Origin: an uncultured Poribacteria bacterium
GTDB lineage: Bacteria > Poribacteria > WGA-4E > WGA-3G
Direction: 5' to 3'
Length of the DNA stretch: 64,000 nt
NCBI GenBank assembly: GCA_951813565.1
Contig: OX638351.1
Coordinates: 608,001 to 672,000, forward strand
Shown here: positions 30,752-39,881 of the stretch, one piece after another
Layout: each line of letters opens with the position of its first letter
How positions within the stretch are numbered: position 1 is the first letter of the stretch
Translations under genes and position numbers: made by a program
The notes under the pieces: model-generated
The model's input: the letters and a program-made list of their open reading frames with translations, nothing else
What the model was told of the DNA's origin: nothing
Database searches by the model: none

Positions 30752-31495
30752 TCAATTGATCTTTATACAATCGTACCACCGTAGTGTCCGCTTTCCTTTT
30801 CGACTCAACACTCCGGGTTTTCGTTCAACAGGGGAACCAAAGTCACGATCTTTCTGCCGCAAGACGTTCCAGTCTGGTGGAAACCATGCTCTCAGCGTTT
30901 TACAGTTTACCTCAAGATTTTCACCTTCCCATCCACCGGTTTTATAATACATCGGGCAGATCCACCGTTCCCTCCCCCGAGCATACTGCCGCCATCCCAT
31001 CACAGAGGCTTGTGATCGGATAATGTTGCCATCTCGCCAATGTCGTTCAATCCCACTCCATGGGTAACCTGTTGTCCCAGTGCCACGATTAATTTCACTC
31101 CACCCGAGGTCATCATGAAGTGTGATATAGGAGACGTTTGTGCCCCAAGGTGTTTGATCACTGGCAAAACCCCACTTTTGCCGCCGGTACCAATGTAACG
31201 CACCTCTAATATTTGACTTGGATACAACGGCATTCTCAATAGTTTCTATAATGTCAAAAAATCCTCTGTTATTATAAGGGTTATGCACTCCCTCACAGAG
31301 TGTTAAGGAGTTCACTTCAGGACCGAACCATTTTCCGTTTTTACCGGGGGTTCTATAATATGATCCCGATGCCGCAGGCGCAGCGCGCTCGCTCGGATTC
31401 AACTTCGCCTTTGCAAATGTGCTCCAGAACGCCACGCCTAAAACTGCTAATAGCAAGAAAGCATTAAAAACCAGATCTAAATTCTTCCGCAACAT
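30752..31495 (-). CDS. Secreted or membrane-anchored hypothetical protein, Trp/Arg/Gly-rich
   Basis: N-terminal hydrophobic segment; co-oriented with neighbours; no recognised domain. Confidence 0.6.
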   Translation of the reverse strand: MLRKNLDLVFNAFLLLAVLGVAFWSTFAKAKLNPSERAAPAASGSYYRTPGKNGKWFGPEVNSLTLCEGVHNPYNNRGFFDIIETIENAVVSKSNIRGALHWYRRQKWGFASDQTPWGTNVSYITLHDDLGWSEINRGTGTTGYPWSGIERHWRDGNIIRSQASVMGWRQYARGRERWICPMYYKTGGWEGENLEVNCKTLRAWFPPDWNVLRQKDRDFGSPVERKPGVLSRKGKRTLRWYDCIKIN

Positions 31496-31515
31496 TATTT
31501 TTTTTATTTTTAGGG

Positions 31516-32199
31516 CTATTCTCGTTTCAGATGTCCCCATGTTGTTGTTAATTTCCGTTTTGGTGATACTGGAAGTCCAGAAATAGTAATTTTATCAACC
31601 CATGCTTCGCCTATGTTCGCCATATCAGTAACATACCCAACGAGAACAAAACCGATAATGTCCATTTTCGGTAAGTTCGCGTCCCTAAAATCCATGCGCG
31701 ATTCGCCATCACCGAACAGCTGAAATCTGCCCCCATCAAAGTGGAGCACCATCTCGTTGAGGGCATCTGTGCCCCAGCGTTTGCCGGGACCGAGAAACAC
31801 CTTACCATCTCTTGATGCCTGCATATCATTCGTGAAAAATAGGTAATAGCCTATCTCCTCTATCTCCGCATCGTCATTGAAGAAATGTTTTCCAAGTGCT
31901 ATGCCGAATTTAATATCCCCTGCTGCGCCGATATTATCAATCTTAATTGTAATGTTATCGTAAGGTCCTTGGAAGGCAGTAAATTGGTAGAGTTCAAATA
32001 TAGGGAGCCACTGTTTTTGTGTCTCAATTTTTGCCCTTAAAAACCCTTCCTCAACCTGCCATACAGAATCGCTTCCCTGTAGTTGCCAGTTATCTTCCAT
32101 TTCTTGATTAAAGTCATCTTGCCATGTAACAGCACTCGCGATTCCTTGTAACGCGAGGAAAGCAAAAATCGTGATGAACATTCTAAAGACGTTTATCAT
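31516..32199 (-). CDS. Secreted hypothetical protein with C-terminal TWGxLK motif
   Basis: Signal peptide, WQDDF, WQVEEGFLR; ends VSPKRKLTTTWGHLKRE. Confidence 0.78.
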   Translation of the reverse strand: MINVFRMFITIFAFLALQGIASAVTWQDDFNQEMEDNWQLQGSDSVWQVEEGFLRAKIETQKQWLPIFELYQFTAFQGPYDNITIKIDNIGAAGDIKFGIALGKHFFNDDAEIEEIGYYLFFTNDMQASRDGKVFLGPGKRWGTDALNEMVLHFDGGRFQLFGDGESRMDFRDANLPKMDIIGFVLVGYVTDMANIGEAWVDKITISGLPVSPKRKLTTTWGHLKRE

Positions 32200-32274
32200 G
32201 TTTTCATTGGTTTAAGGATTAAGAATTCAGTCAAGGATGCGAGACAGAAACCTGAGACCCTAACTACCAGAAAT

Positions 32275-32526
32275 TTAGACTCTCTGCCAAGCAATTTTCA
32301 ACATCTCGTTAGCATAATCCTGACCAGATGTTGGCAAAGGTAGGGTTTTACCCTCGCTCTGGTATTGATCAATTATCTCTTCAACGATGTCACACAATTC
32401 TGAAAAAACCTCTTGTTCGTCATCACCGTGACATCCACCATAAAAGAGGCCAGGACAACTACCAACATAGCACTGATCTTCATCAGACCATTCAACAATT
32501 TTTACGTAACGGGTACTTGGTTTCAT
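32275..32526 (-). CDS. hicB: HicB-family antitoxin
   Basis: YVKIVEWSDEDQCYVGSCPGL...HGDD...GKTLP. Confidence 0.8.
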   Translation of the reverse strand: MKPSTRYVKIVEWSDEDQCYVGSCPGLFYGGCHGDDEQEVFSELCDIVEEIIDQYQSEGKTLPLPTSGQDYANEMLKIAWQRV

Positions 32527-32720
32527 TTTTTTGATTCCTCAATAGCTGCTTTGACAACCCTTTCTTGATAGTGTTTTGCGTCCGAACCGAGCTGACCAGA
32601 AAGGATTACAAATTTCGAAACTTTGGGATGCACAAATTTTTTATGACTCCCTTTTCCACCACAGTTTACAAATCCAGCAGTTTCCAGGTCTTTAATGAGT
32701 TCTCTAATTTTACGAGGCAT
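32523..32720 (-). CDS. hicA: HicA-family mRNA interferase toxin
   Basis: ELIKDLETAGF...GKGSHKKFVHP; overlaps the hicB start. Confidence 0.85.
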   Translation of the reverse strand: MPRKIRELIKDLETAGFVNCGGKGSHKKFVHPKVSKFVILSGQLGSDAKHYQERVVKAAIEESKK

Positions 32721-32771
32721 GTGTCAAATAGGTTAAATTCCAATTCTGCTTATCCATTTTCTTTATGTTTT

Positions 32772-34919
32772 TTATTTTTTTGTGGATGTAGTTGCAAATG
32801 GTGTTCCATCGGCCTTTCCAAGATAGATATGATATGTATTATCGCTACAAACTGGAATTGCAACCTCTTTCTGAATATGCACACGTTGATATATTTCTTT
32901 TTCGAATACCGATTTGATGGCACGGATGTGTAACTGATAACGTTCCTGATTCAAATTTGAAAACGAAAATTTACCTTGTGCGTCTGTCTCCATTTCAAAA
33001 CGGTCTAATGTTAATGACATATCATATCGGCTTAATTCCCATGGATACCATGAACGCGACACTAAGGCATTCTGCACTGGCCTGCCTGTATCTACCCAAA
33101 ACACTTGTCCTCTTATCTCTGACGTTGGCCTATCCGCTACGATGAATACCTCTCCGCCATTTTCAGATGCTTTGACGTCTACTTCTGTTGCAGCAATATC
33201 TTTTCCCACAATATAGAGTTTATATTTTTCTTCAAAGAGACCATCCAATACAAAAGTCGTTTCCGTTACAGGAAATTGTTTGGAAATGAGTGGTTTGTCC
33301 AGTGTCAGAGGATTCAGCGTTGGTTCCATTTTGACATCTTCGGGGAAAACCTTCACTTCATAATATCCATCTGATGGAATATCACGGGAAAAGATAATGC
33401 GTCCCTTAATAGCATACCCTTTTTGAAGCACAACATCCAACGGACCTTTTCCGATTTCCACTTTCGGGTATACCCTTGAAAGGTAACCTTTTTTTGACAC
33501 CTCAATGGACAAAAGGTGCGGTCCTGTTTCTAACAGTTGCATTTGGAAAGCACCGTTCGCATCCGTTTGCGTCATGGCAAGGATCGCGGCGTGTCCGTTT
33601 GGGTTTTCACTTTGGCGTGCTGCATAAAGTTTCGCATCAGTAATGGGACGTTGTTGTACATCAACAACCTTACCGTATAAGGTTTTCAGTTTCGGCAAGC
33701 GGATTTTAAGATGTTTTTTGCTTTGTGGATTGACCGACTCTAAAAATGCTATAATAACATCATTCCGAGACATTGTCAAACTGTATTCAATCGGATGGAG
33801 TTCAGAGAACAGGAAATTACCTTCTGCGTCGGTGTGTACAGTATGTTCAGGTTGCGCTGCGGCGCGAAAAAAGTCCGCAGATCTGTTGTGCATTTTTAAC
33901 CGCACTGTGAGTCCTTCAACGGTGTTTTTTGAGTTTGAAGTAAAAACCTTGCCTTGTAAGGAGAGAAAAGGTTGCAATACGAGTTCACCTAATGCATACA
34001 CATTTTTGCCCGGATCCATATTCCATCGCCAACGTTGTGTTTGATACCGTGGATGCGATGTTATTAGCGTAAAAGCGTAATAATTTTCGGCATCATTCGG
34101 TGTTGTGAGGCGAAATTCACCGTTTGTATCCGACTCTGTCTCATGCGCGAATACCCCATCAGGATAAAAACTCCCTATCTTTTCTGATGCCACGCTAACA
34201 AAAACTCCGGATATAGGCTGCCTATTTTCTGCGTCAACAAAGCGTCCTTGAAGGGATGCTCCCGGTTTCAAAAATACTTCTACACCGCCGACATGGCTAC
34301 TCGGATAAACCGTCACTATAGGCGAGCGGAATGCGCGTAAGGCATTCCGCATAATCGCAAAAACATAACTATCAAAAGCATCAATAATAACGTAGCGTCC
34401 CGACAACAGGTTTTTGACTTCAAAATATCCATCTAAGACTTTGCCACGGTATATCCTTTCTATATGTTCATCGTCATGTGTAAGTAGACCAATCTGTATT
34501 TCATCCGTAATCGGTAGCAGCAATTTGTTAACGGAATCAAGCAAGAATCCGGAAATGATTCCTGTGCCTTTAATCACAAAATCTGCATTAACTTCTGTTT
34601 TTTCACCAACCGTAACTTCGCGTTGTGCTATCAGTGTCCTGAAATGCTGGACTGTTACCTCCCAAGTGTCAGTAGGAAGATTCGTTAGTGCAAACTGCCC
34701 CCCTGAATCCGTTTTGGCGGCGTAAGTTATGTTGTCTGTTTGTGAAATTGCTGAGATGATGTAACCGGTGAGGGGATTGTTCTGTTTATCTGTAACCTGT
34801 CCTTGTATTGTGCCGACATTTTGGGATTGACAGATTCCTATAGAAGTGCCGAAGCATACCATGAACAGAACGATATGTGTGAGAATAGCGTTGTACATAA
34901 GGTTTATTATCCGATTCAT
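32772..34919 (-). CDS. Secreted protein with repeated carboxypeptidase-regulatory-like (beta-sandwich) domains; start uncertain
   Basis: Repeated G-x-V-x-D...P...TD-x-x-G-x-F units. Confidence 0.78.
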   Translation of the reverse strand: MNRIINLMYNAILTHIVLFMVCFGTSIGICQSQNVGTIQGQVTDKQNNPLTGYIISAISQTDNITYAAKTDSGGQFALTNLPTDTWEVTVQHFRTLIAQREVTVGEKTEVNADFVIKGTGIISGFLLDSVNKLLLPITDEIQIGLLTHDDEHIERIYRGKVLDGYFEVKNLLSGRYVIIDAFDSYVFAIMRNALRAFRSPIVTVYPSSHVGGVEVFLKPGASLQGRFVDAENRQPISGVFVSVASEKIGSFYPDGVFAHETESDTNGEFRLTTPNDAENYYAFTLITSHPRYQTQRWRWNMDPGKNVYALGELVLQPFLSLQGKVFTSNSKNTVEGLTVRLKMHNRSADFFRAAAQPEHTVHTDAEGNFLFSELHPIEYSLTMSRNDVIIAFLESVNPQSKKHLKIRLPKLKTLYGKVVDVQQRPITDAKLYAARQSENPNGHAAILAMTQTDANGAFQMQLLETGPHLLSIEVSKKGYLSRVYPKVEIGKGPLDVVLQKGYAIKGRIIFSRDIPSDGYYEVKVFPEDVKMEPTLNPLTLDKPLISKQFPVTETTFVLDGLFEEKYKLYIVGKDIAATEVDVKASENGGEVFIVADRPTSEIRGQVFWVDTGRPVQNALVSRSWYPWELSRYDMSLTLDRFEMETDAQGKFSFSNLNQERYQLHIRAIKSVFEKEIYQRVHIQKEVAIPVCSDNTYHIYLGKADGTPFATTSTKK

Positions 34920-35182
34920 GTGAGATGGTTCATAATAATCGTGTGAATCAGAATCGTGAAAACAATGATATTGTGAACTAACGGACAATGTGTGCTTGGC
35001 GTTGGAAAAGGCAAGATGAAACATTCTTTCAAACGGATCTCTGCAATCAATCTGTTTAAAGCATACCCCACCTGTGAAAAAGAATCAAGGTATCCCATAA
35101 AGATTTATGAGATACCTTGTAATATAACTGTAATTTGGACAATTCATTCTGAATGTTCTAATGTTGTCCAAACTATAGGAAG

Positions 35183-35740
35183 CTAAAGATTATTAGCAAT
35201 GCGAATCTCTTCATCACTAAAACTTTCGTCATGCCATTCAGTGATACGCCATTCATCGTCTCTTTTTTCGAAGATAAACAGGTTATCGCCTTCCGCGAAC
35301 CATCCGACAAATCCACCTTCAAGTGACTCACCATCTGCCACAAAACCTTGGATTCTATAGTGATTTCGGACTTCGGCTTGCGTGCCATCTTTATTCATAG
35401 ATATTTCTGGTGGGATAGAGAGTTCTATTTCAATATCCTGAAATCGGCTAAAGACATGAATTGCAGAATCACGTTCGTCTCGAATATCATCAAATATGAG
35501 GTCGTCAGTTTTATCGCCGTCTGTTCCCCAGTCTGAGACGTATCGGAAACCTTGCGACCAGTAGGCACTCATGTAGGTTTCCACATCTTCAGTTTCATAA
35601 CCCTCTCGCCACCGTTTTAAAACACCGTTAATTGCTAAATAATCCTCAGATGACACCGGAATCTTATCAACGTCGCCACATCCAATAACAAACACCAATA
35701 ACGTGATTATACCACAAATTTTACCTAATTCCTGAAACAT
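35183..35740 (-). CDS. NTF2-like lipoprotein
   Basis: Lipobox VIGC; WREGYETEDVETYMSAY, FEKRDDEWRITEW. Confidence 0.7.
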   Translation of the reverse strand: MFQELGKICGIITLLVFVIGCGDVDKIPVSSEDYLAINGVLKRWREGYETEDVETYMSAYWSQGFRYVSDWGTDGDKTDDLIFDDIRDERDSAIHVFSRFQDIEIELSIPPEISMNKDGTQAEVRNHYRIQGFVADGESLEGGFVGWFAEGDNLFIFEKRDDEWRITEWHDESFSDEEIRIANNL

Positions 35741-35951
35741 TATGATTTCCTTTCAAACAAAGTACGGATGGCATGTTGGAGTGTGCCTGCTACCCTGTAT
35801 ATATTTATATTCCACCATACATAAACTATTATCCTTTTTATTTTTAGTTATCAACGGAATCCCTTTTCTTCAAAAAAACTTGCTAATGTCCTTGAAATTT
35901 CACATAATGAGCATAACGAAAATTTTCATTCCAAACCGGCCTGCCTTTTTA

Positions 35952-35981
35952 TGTAACCTTTTTGTCTTATTTTCATTCTTA
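35952..35981 (+). promoter_or_regulatory. ECF-type promoter upstream of the sigma gene
   Basis: TGTAAC-N16-CATTCTTA; same elements and spacing at 36746-36775. Confidence 0.7.
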
Positions 35982-36108
35982 ACTTACAATGAAGGTTCAA
36001 AAAGCAGAGATTCAAGGCAAATAAAATTAAGCGTTTCACAAAACAATAGACATCATTGAATCAAATGAATTTCAATTAAGTTATGACAGAAACTGAGGTT
36101 GTGGTGTA

Positions 36109-36726
36109 ATGGATGAGTTTCGTGACGAAGAATTGGTGCATCAAAATATAGGCGATGCTGATGACGGAGCATTTGAAATCCTCTATCACCGTTACGAGGG
36201 CCCACTCCTCAGTTTTTTCTATAGGCGCGTTGGCAATTGGGAAACCGCGCAAGACCTTGTGCAAGAGACATTTATTAAAGTGCATCAAAATCTACGGACA
36301 CTTCGGGACCCAAAAAGTTTTTCCAGTTGGCTGTTTAGCATCGCGCACCAACTCATTGCAGCGCACTTCCGCGAAGCCAAGAGAAAACTCGAAATCGGTT
36401 CACTTGAAAGGAATCCTGAAGCATATCTGGTTGACCTTGAACATCGTTCCCCAATTTATCGTATCATAGCGAAAGAACAGATGGAGATTGTCTATGCTTT
36501 AGCACAACGACTGCCAATTTCCGAGCAAGAAGTATTTGAAATGAAGCTGGCAAACCCCAAAATGATGTTGGAAGAAATTGCCAGTATGTTGAACATTTCT
36601 TTGCCAGCCACCAAAGTTCGGCTACATCGCGCAAAGAAAAAAGTTATTGCTTGGATGAAAGCGGAATATCCTGGTGAATTTGACCACATATTTGGAAAAC
36701 AAGAGGAGGCAAAACAGGTTGAATAG
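36109..36726 (+). CDS. ECF sigma-70 factor
   Basis: AFEILYHRY, AQDLVQETFIKV, SFSSWLFSIA, EEIASML...ATKVRLHRAK. Confidence 0.93.
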   Translation: MDEFRDEELVHQNIGDADDGAFEILYHRYEGPLLSFFYRRVGNWETAQDLVQETFIKVHQNLRTLRDPKSFSSWLFSIAHQLIAAHFREAKRKLEIGSLERNPEAYLVDLEHRSPIYRIIAKEQMEIVYALAQRLPISEQEVFEMKLANPKMMLEEIASMLNISLPATKVRLHRAKKKVIAWMKAEYPGEFDHIFGKQEEAKQVE

Positions 36727-36745
36727 TCCAGCAAAACGAATTTTA

Positions 36746-36775
36746 TGTAACCTTTTCAGCCGATTTGCATTCTTA
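36746..36775 (+). promoter_or_regulatory. ECF-type promoter upstream of the paralog array
   Basis: TGTAAC-N16-CATTCTTA followed by RBS AAAGGAG and ATG 36795. Confidence 0.7.
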
Positions 36776-36794
36776 CGCTAAAAGGAGAACACAC

Positions 36795-37517
36795 ATGACG
36801 CCGAATGATGTCAAGGAATTGCTAAAAACTTTAATTGCGGAGGAGGGATTATCGATTGATGTTATTGAAGTAACCCCTTCACAGGACTTAGACACATCGG
36901 ATTATACCACAGAGGGACGCATCAAAGATGTTATCCATCAATGGAACAAAGATGGTAAAATTTACACGCGTCATCCCGGGCGAGCAGAAATTATGGAATT
37001 CTATACCAAAACCGATTCTGCTTCGCCTGCAAAAGAATTGTTAGAATCCTTAGAAATTGAAGCACTCCTTGAATCTATCATAACAGAACAGAAATTGCCT
37101 ATCTGTTTCACCGATCATGGTTTCCGATTGGTTACATTGGCTGAGGATGACACAACGCGGTACCCTGTCAAAATTCTTCACGGTGGATTTCGGTTAGAAA
37201 AAAAACAGGGGGCTAAGGTTCTGTCAACGCAGCTTGATGGGGTGGCAAATCGCTTTGAAATGCTCCTAAAGGAAAAACGTATCAAGGCGAAATTGTTCCA
37301 CCGAGGTTTCAGATTAGAGAAGACTTCTGAAGTGAACATACCTCTCTCAAAAGTTGATGAGATTGCAAAACGGATAGATGATACTCTCGGCATCAACTAT
37401 GTGTTGGATTCATACAACACACCACCTTCCGAGGAAGTCTTTAAATCTACGAGTTGCACAAGTGCCAATATCCGAATTTCTTTGTGGCGTTTCCCACGAC
37501 GCCAATGGAAAAGTTGA
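36795..37517 (+). CDS. Hypothetical protein, paralog 1 of an unrecognised repeat family
   Basis: Strong RBS; MxPNxVxxLLxxLIxE start and repeated HxGFxL motifs shared with the next two genes. Confidence 0.85.
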   Translation: MTPNDVKELLKTLIAEEGLSIDVIEVTPSQDLDTSDYTTEGRIKDVIHQWNKDGKIYTRHPGRAEIMEFYTKTDSASPAKELLESLEIEALLESIITEQKLPICFTDHGFRLVTLAEDDTTRYPVKILHGGFRLEKKQGAKVLSTQLDGVANRFEMLLKEKRIKAKLFHRGFRLEKTSEVNIPLSKVDEIAKRIDDTLGINYVLDSYNTPPSEEVFKSTSCTSANIRISLWRFPRRQWKS

Positions 37518-37564
37518 AAGACTATACTTTACTGCAACCTGATTCTACGATAGGAGGTTGAATT

Positions 37565-38377
37565 ATGGATCCCAATGATGTTAACGAATTACTGAGATCC
37601 TTGATTAACGAATTTGCCCTATCAATCACCTCTGTCGAAAAAGGCCCTCTATTGATCTCTGAAGATGACAATCCTGTTTCGAGATCATACACGGAGAATA
37701 TAATTAGACGGTGGAAGGGAGATGAAATCGCGGAAAAATTAAAAAAATTTACAATCAGTGGACATTGGTGTCTTTCAAGAGGGCGTAAGATTTCTGATGT
37801 ATATGACGAAGTAGAACATTTAGCGTCAAATTCAACTCGTATTGCGGAAGTTAAGGAGGTACTCCGATCCTTAATTAAAGAACGAGAGCTACCTTTCAAT
37901 ATCCTTCACTTACGGTTTACAGTAGTTATTCTCCCGGATGATCCGATGCAATTCCGTACTGACGATATGGTAGAACTTGAGACCCTGCAGGAGCGGATGA
38001 CCCTTGAAGGATGTTTCGGAGAAGATAATACCAACTTTCATGTCCGTCACGCAGGTTTTTCCCTATATCCAAAGGAAGATGCCCCCGATGTCCAGTATTC
38101 AAAGGTGCAGGAAGCAGCACTGCGTTTACAATCTAAAATAGGAAAGCACGGACTACAAGTGAGATTGATCCATAACGGTTTTCAATTAGAGAAAGACAGA
38201 GAAGTTGAGATAAATGTCGCGGAGGCTAAGGAATTGGCATCCCGTTTAATGTTTATGACAGGTATTGATTATAGTGTAGGAGCTTACGGTATGGGACCTA
38301 AAAAGGGTGTGAAGCCTGGATGGACACACACAATTAATTGGAAACACGCACGGGTAAGTTCATCCCGGCCCTGGTAA
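37565..38377 (+). CDS. Hypothetical protein, paralog 2
   Basis: RBS AGGAGG; MDPNDVNELLRSLINE, HAGFSL, HNGFQLEK. Confidence 0.85.
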   Translation: MDPNDVNELLRSLINEFALSITSVEKGPLLISEDDNPVSRSYTENIIRRWKGDEIAEKLKKFTISGHWCLSRGRKISDVYDEVEHLASNSTRIAEVKEVLRSLIKERELPFNILHLRFTVVILPDDPMQFRTDDMVELETLQERMTLEGCFGEDNTNFHVRHAGFSLYPKEDAPDVQYSKVQEAALRLQSKIGKHGLQVRLIHNGFQLEKDREVEINVAEAKELASRLMFMTGIDYSVGAYGMGPKKGVKPGWTHTINWKHARVSSSRPW

Positions 38378-38405
38378 CTTTAACAACACAAAAGGAGTAT
38401 AAATT

Positions 38406-39149
38406 ATGAACCCAAATAAAGTTAAGGCATTACTCAACACTTTGATCAACGAACTCAAATTACCAATCCATGTTTCTGTTTCTCATAATGGACCTACATT
38501 AGTTTTTGGACCGGGAAGTAGTTCAACACGATCACGAGCAAAAAATGTGTTAGAACACTGGTCTGATGGAGGCAAGCGTAGTTGGGTCATTTCTGTCGGA
38601 CTGCCTGTGAAAGAGAGGGATAAGGCAGCAACGCGCCTTGCTTTGGACACACATCGCACGACAGAGATAAGGCATATATTGGAATCATTAATCGCTGAAC
38701 AAACACTCCCTTTGACCGTTGTTGATGGTGGTTTTCAATTGGAAATCCTAACTGATGAAGGGATAGACTATTGCAGTGAAGATATGATGCAACTGGAAGC
38801 ACTTTTAACAAAAGAGGGCATAGATGTTCCAGTACGTCATAGCGGTTTTAGTTTACGACACAAGGAAGATGATGGTGAACTTCTGTTTTCGGAAGTCAAT
38901 ACACTGGCAAATCATCTCTCGTCTTTATTAGTAGAACACGGGTTACATGTGCGATTGCTCCATAATGGTTTTAGACTACATAAAGACCAAGACGACGCAA
39001 TAGATATTGCAGAAGTGAAGGAACTCATCTACCGATTAAAGATTATGGTAGGTATCCGCTATATCCAAGATGGTTGTGATTATTCGAATGACGTGTCAAA
39101 CCCTGAAATTCATTGGAAATCTGCTGACGTGAATACCGCCTTCCCATAG
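38406..39149 (+). CDS. Hypothetical protein, paralog 3
   Basis: RBS AAGGAG; MNPNKVKALLNTLINE, HSGFSL, HNGFRL. Confidence 0.85.
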   Translation: MNPNKVKALLNTLINELKLPIHVSVSHNGPTLVFGPGSSSTRSRAKNVLEHWSDGGKRSWVISVGLPVKERDKAATRLALDTHRTTEIRHILESLIAEQTLPLTVVDGGFQLEILTDEGIDYCSEDMMQLEALLTKEGIDVPVRHSGFSLRHKEDDGELLFSEVNTLANHLSSLLVEHGLHVRLLHNGFRLHKDQDDAIDIAEVKELIYRLKIMVGIRYIQDGCDYSNDVSNPEIHWKSADVNTAFP

Positions 39150-39193
39150 TTTCTAAATAGAACATCGGATTAACATGTGTGCTAATCCTTGTC

Positions 39194-39220
39194 GGAACTC
39201 ATAAAATAACAAACCGTCCA
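39194..39220 (+). promoter_or_regulatory. Candidate ECF-type promoter before ferredoxin 1
   Basis: GGAACT-N16-GTCCA, equivalent to AAC-N16-CGTC. Confidence 0.4.
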
Positions 39221-39250
39221 GTCAAAACATATAAAAGAAGGAATTCTGCA

Positions 39251-39514
39251 ATGACCTATGTAATTTGCGAACCTTGCATTGATGTAAAAGATCACGCTTG
39301 TGCTGAAATATGCCCTGTTGAATGTATTCACCCAATGCGTGACGAAAACCCAGACGAATTTGAAGAAGTAGAACAACTCTATATTGATCCTGAAGAATGT
39401 ATTGATTGTGCTATATGCGAACCTGCATGTCCTGTTGAGGCTATCTTCATAGAAGAGGATGTGCCAGAAGAATGGGAACACTGTATAAAAATAAACGCTG
39501 ATTATTTCCAATAA
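39251..39514 (+). CDS. FdxA-type (7Fe) ferredoxin 1
   Basis: MTYVICEPC...CAEICPVECI...YIDPEECIDCAICEPACPVEAI. Confidence 0.92.
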   Translation: MTYVICEPCIDVKDHACAEICPVECIHPMRDENPDEFEEVEQLYIDPEECIDCAICEPACPVEAIFIEEDVPEEWEHCIKINADYFQ

Positions 39515-39568
39515 TAAAAAATCAATTGACAATATGTTAGTAAATACACATAATAGGAGTACAGTTAA

Positions 39569-39850
39569 ATGACTTACGTAATTTGTGAGCCGTGCGTTGA
39601 TGTAAAAGACAGTGCCTGTGTTGATATTTGCCCTTGTGATTCCATCCGCCCACACCCAAGGGAGGAATCCGAGGACTATGAAGGAGTAAATCAACTCTTC
39701 ATTGACCCAGAAACATGTATCGAATGTGGTGTGTGTGAACCGGAATGCCCTATTGAAGCAATCTTTTTTGATGAGGATGTTCCTGAACAATGGAAACATT
39801 CCATACAAATAAACGCTGATTATTTCAATAAACAACAACTTAGTGTCTAA
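39569..39850 (+). CDS. FdxA-type (7Fe) ferredoxin 2
   Basis: MTYVICEPC...CVDICPCDSI...CIECGVCEPECP. Confidence 0.92.
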   Translation: MTYVICEPCVDVKDSACVDICPCDSIRPHPREESEDYEGVNQLFIDPETCIECGVCEPECPIEAIFFDEDVPEQWKHSIQINADYFNKQQLSV

Positions 39851-39881
39851 GCAAAAAAACAAACGAAAGGAGAACGACAAA

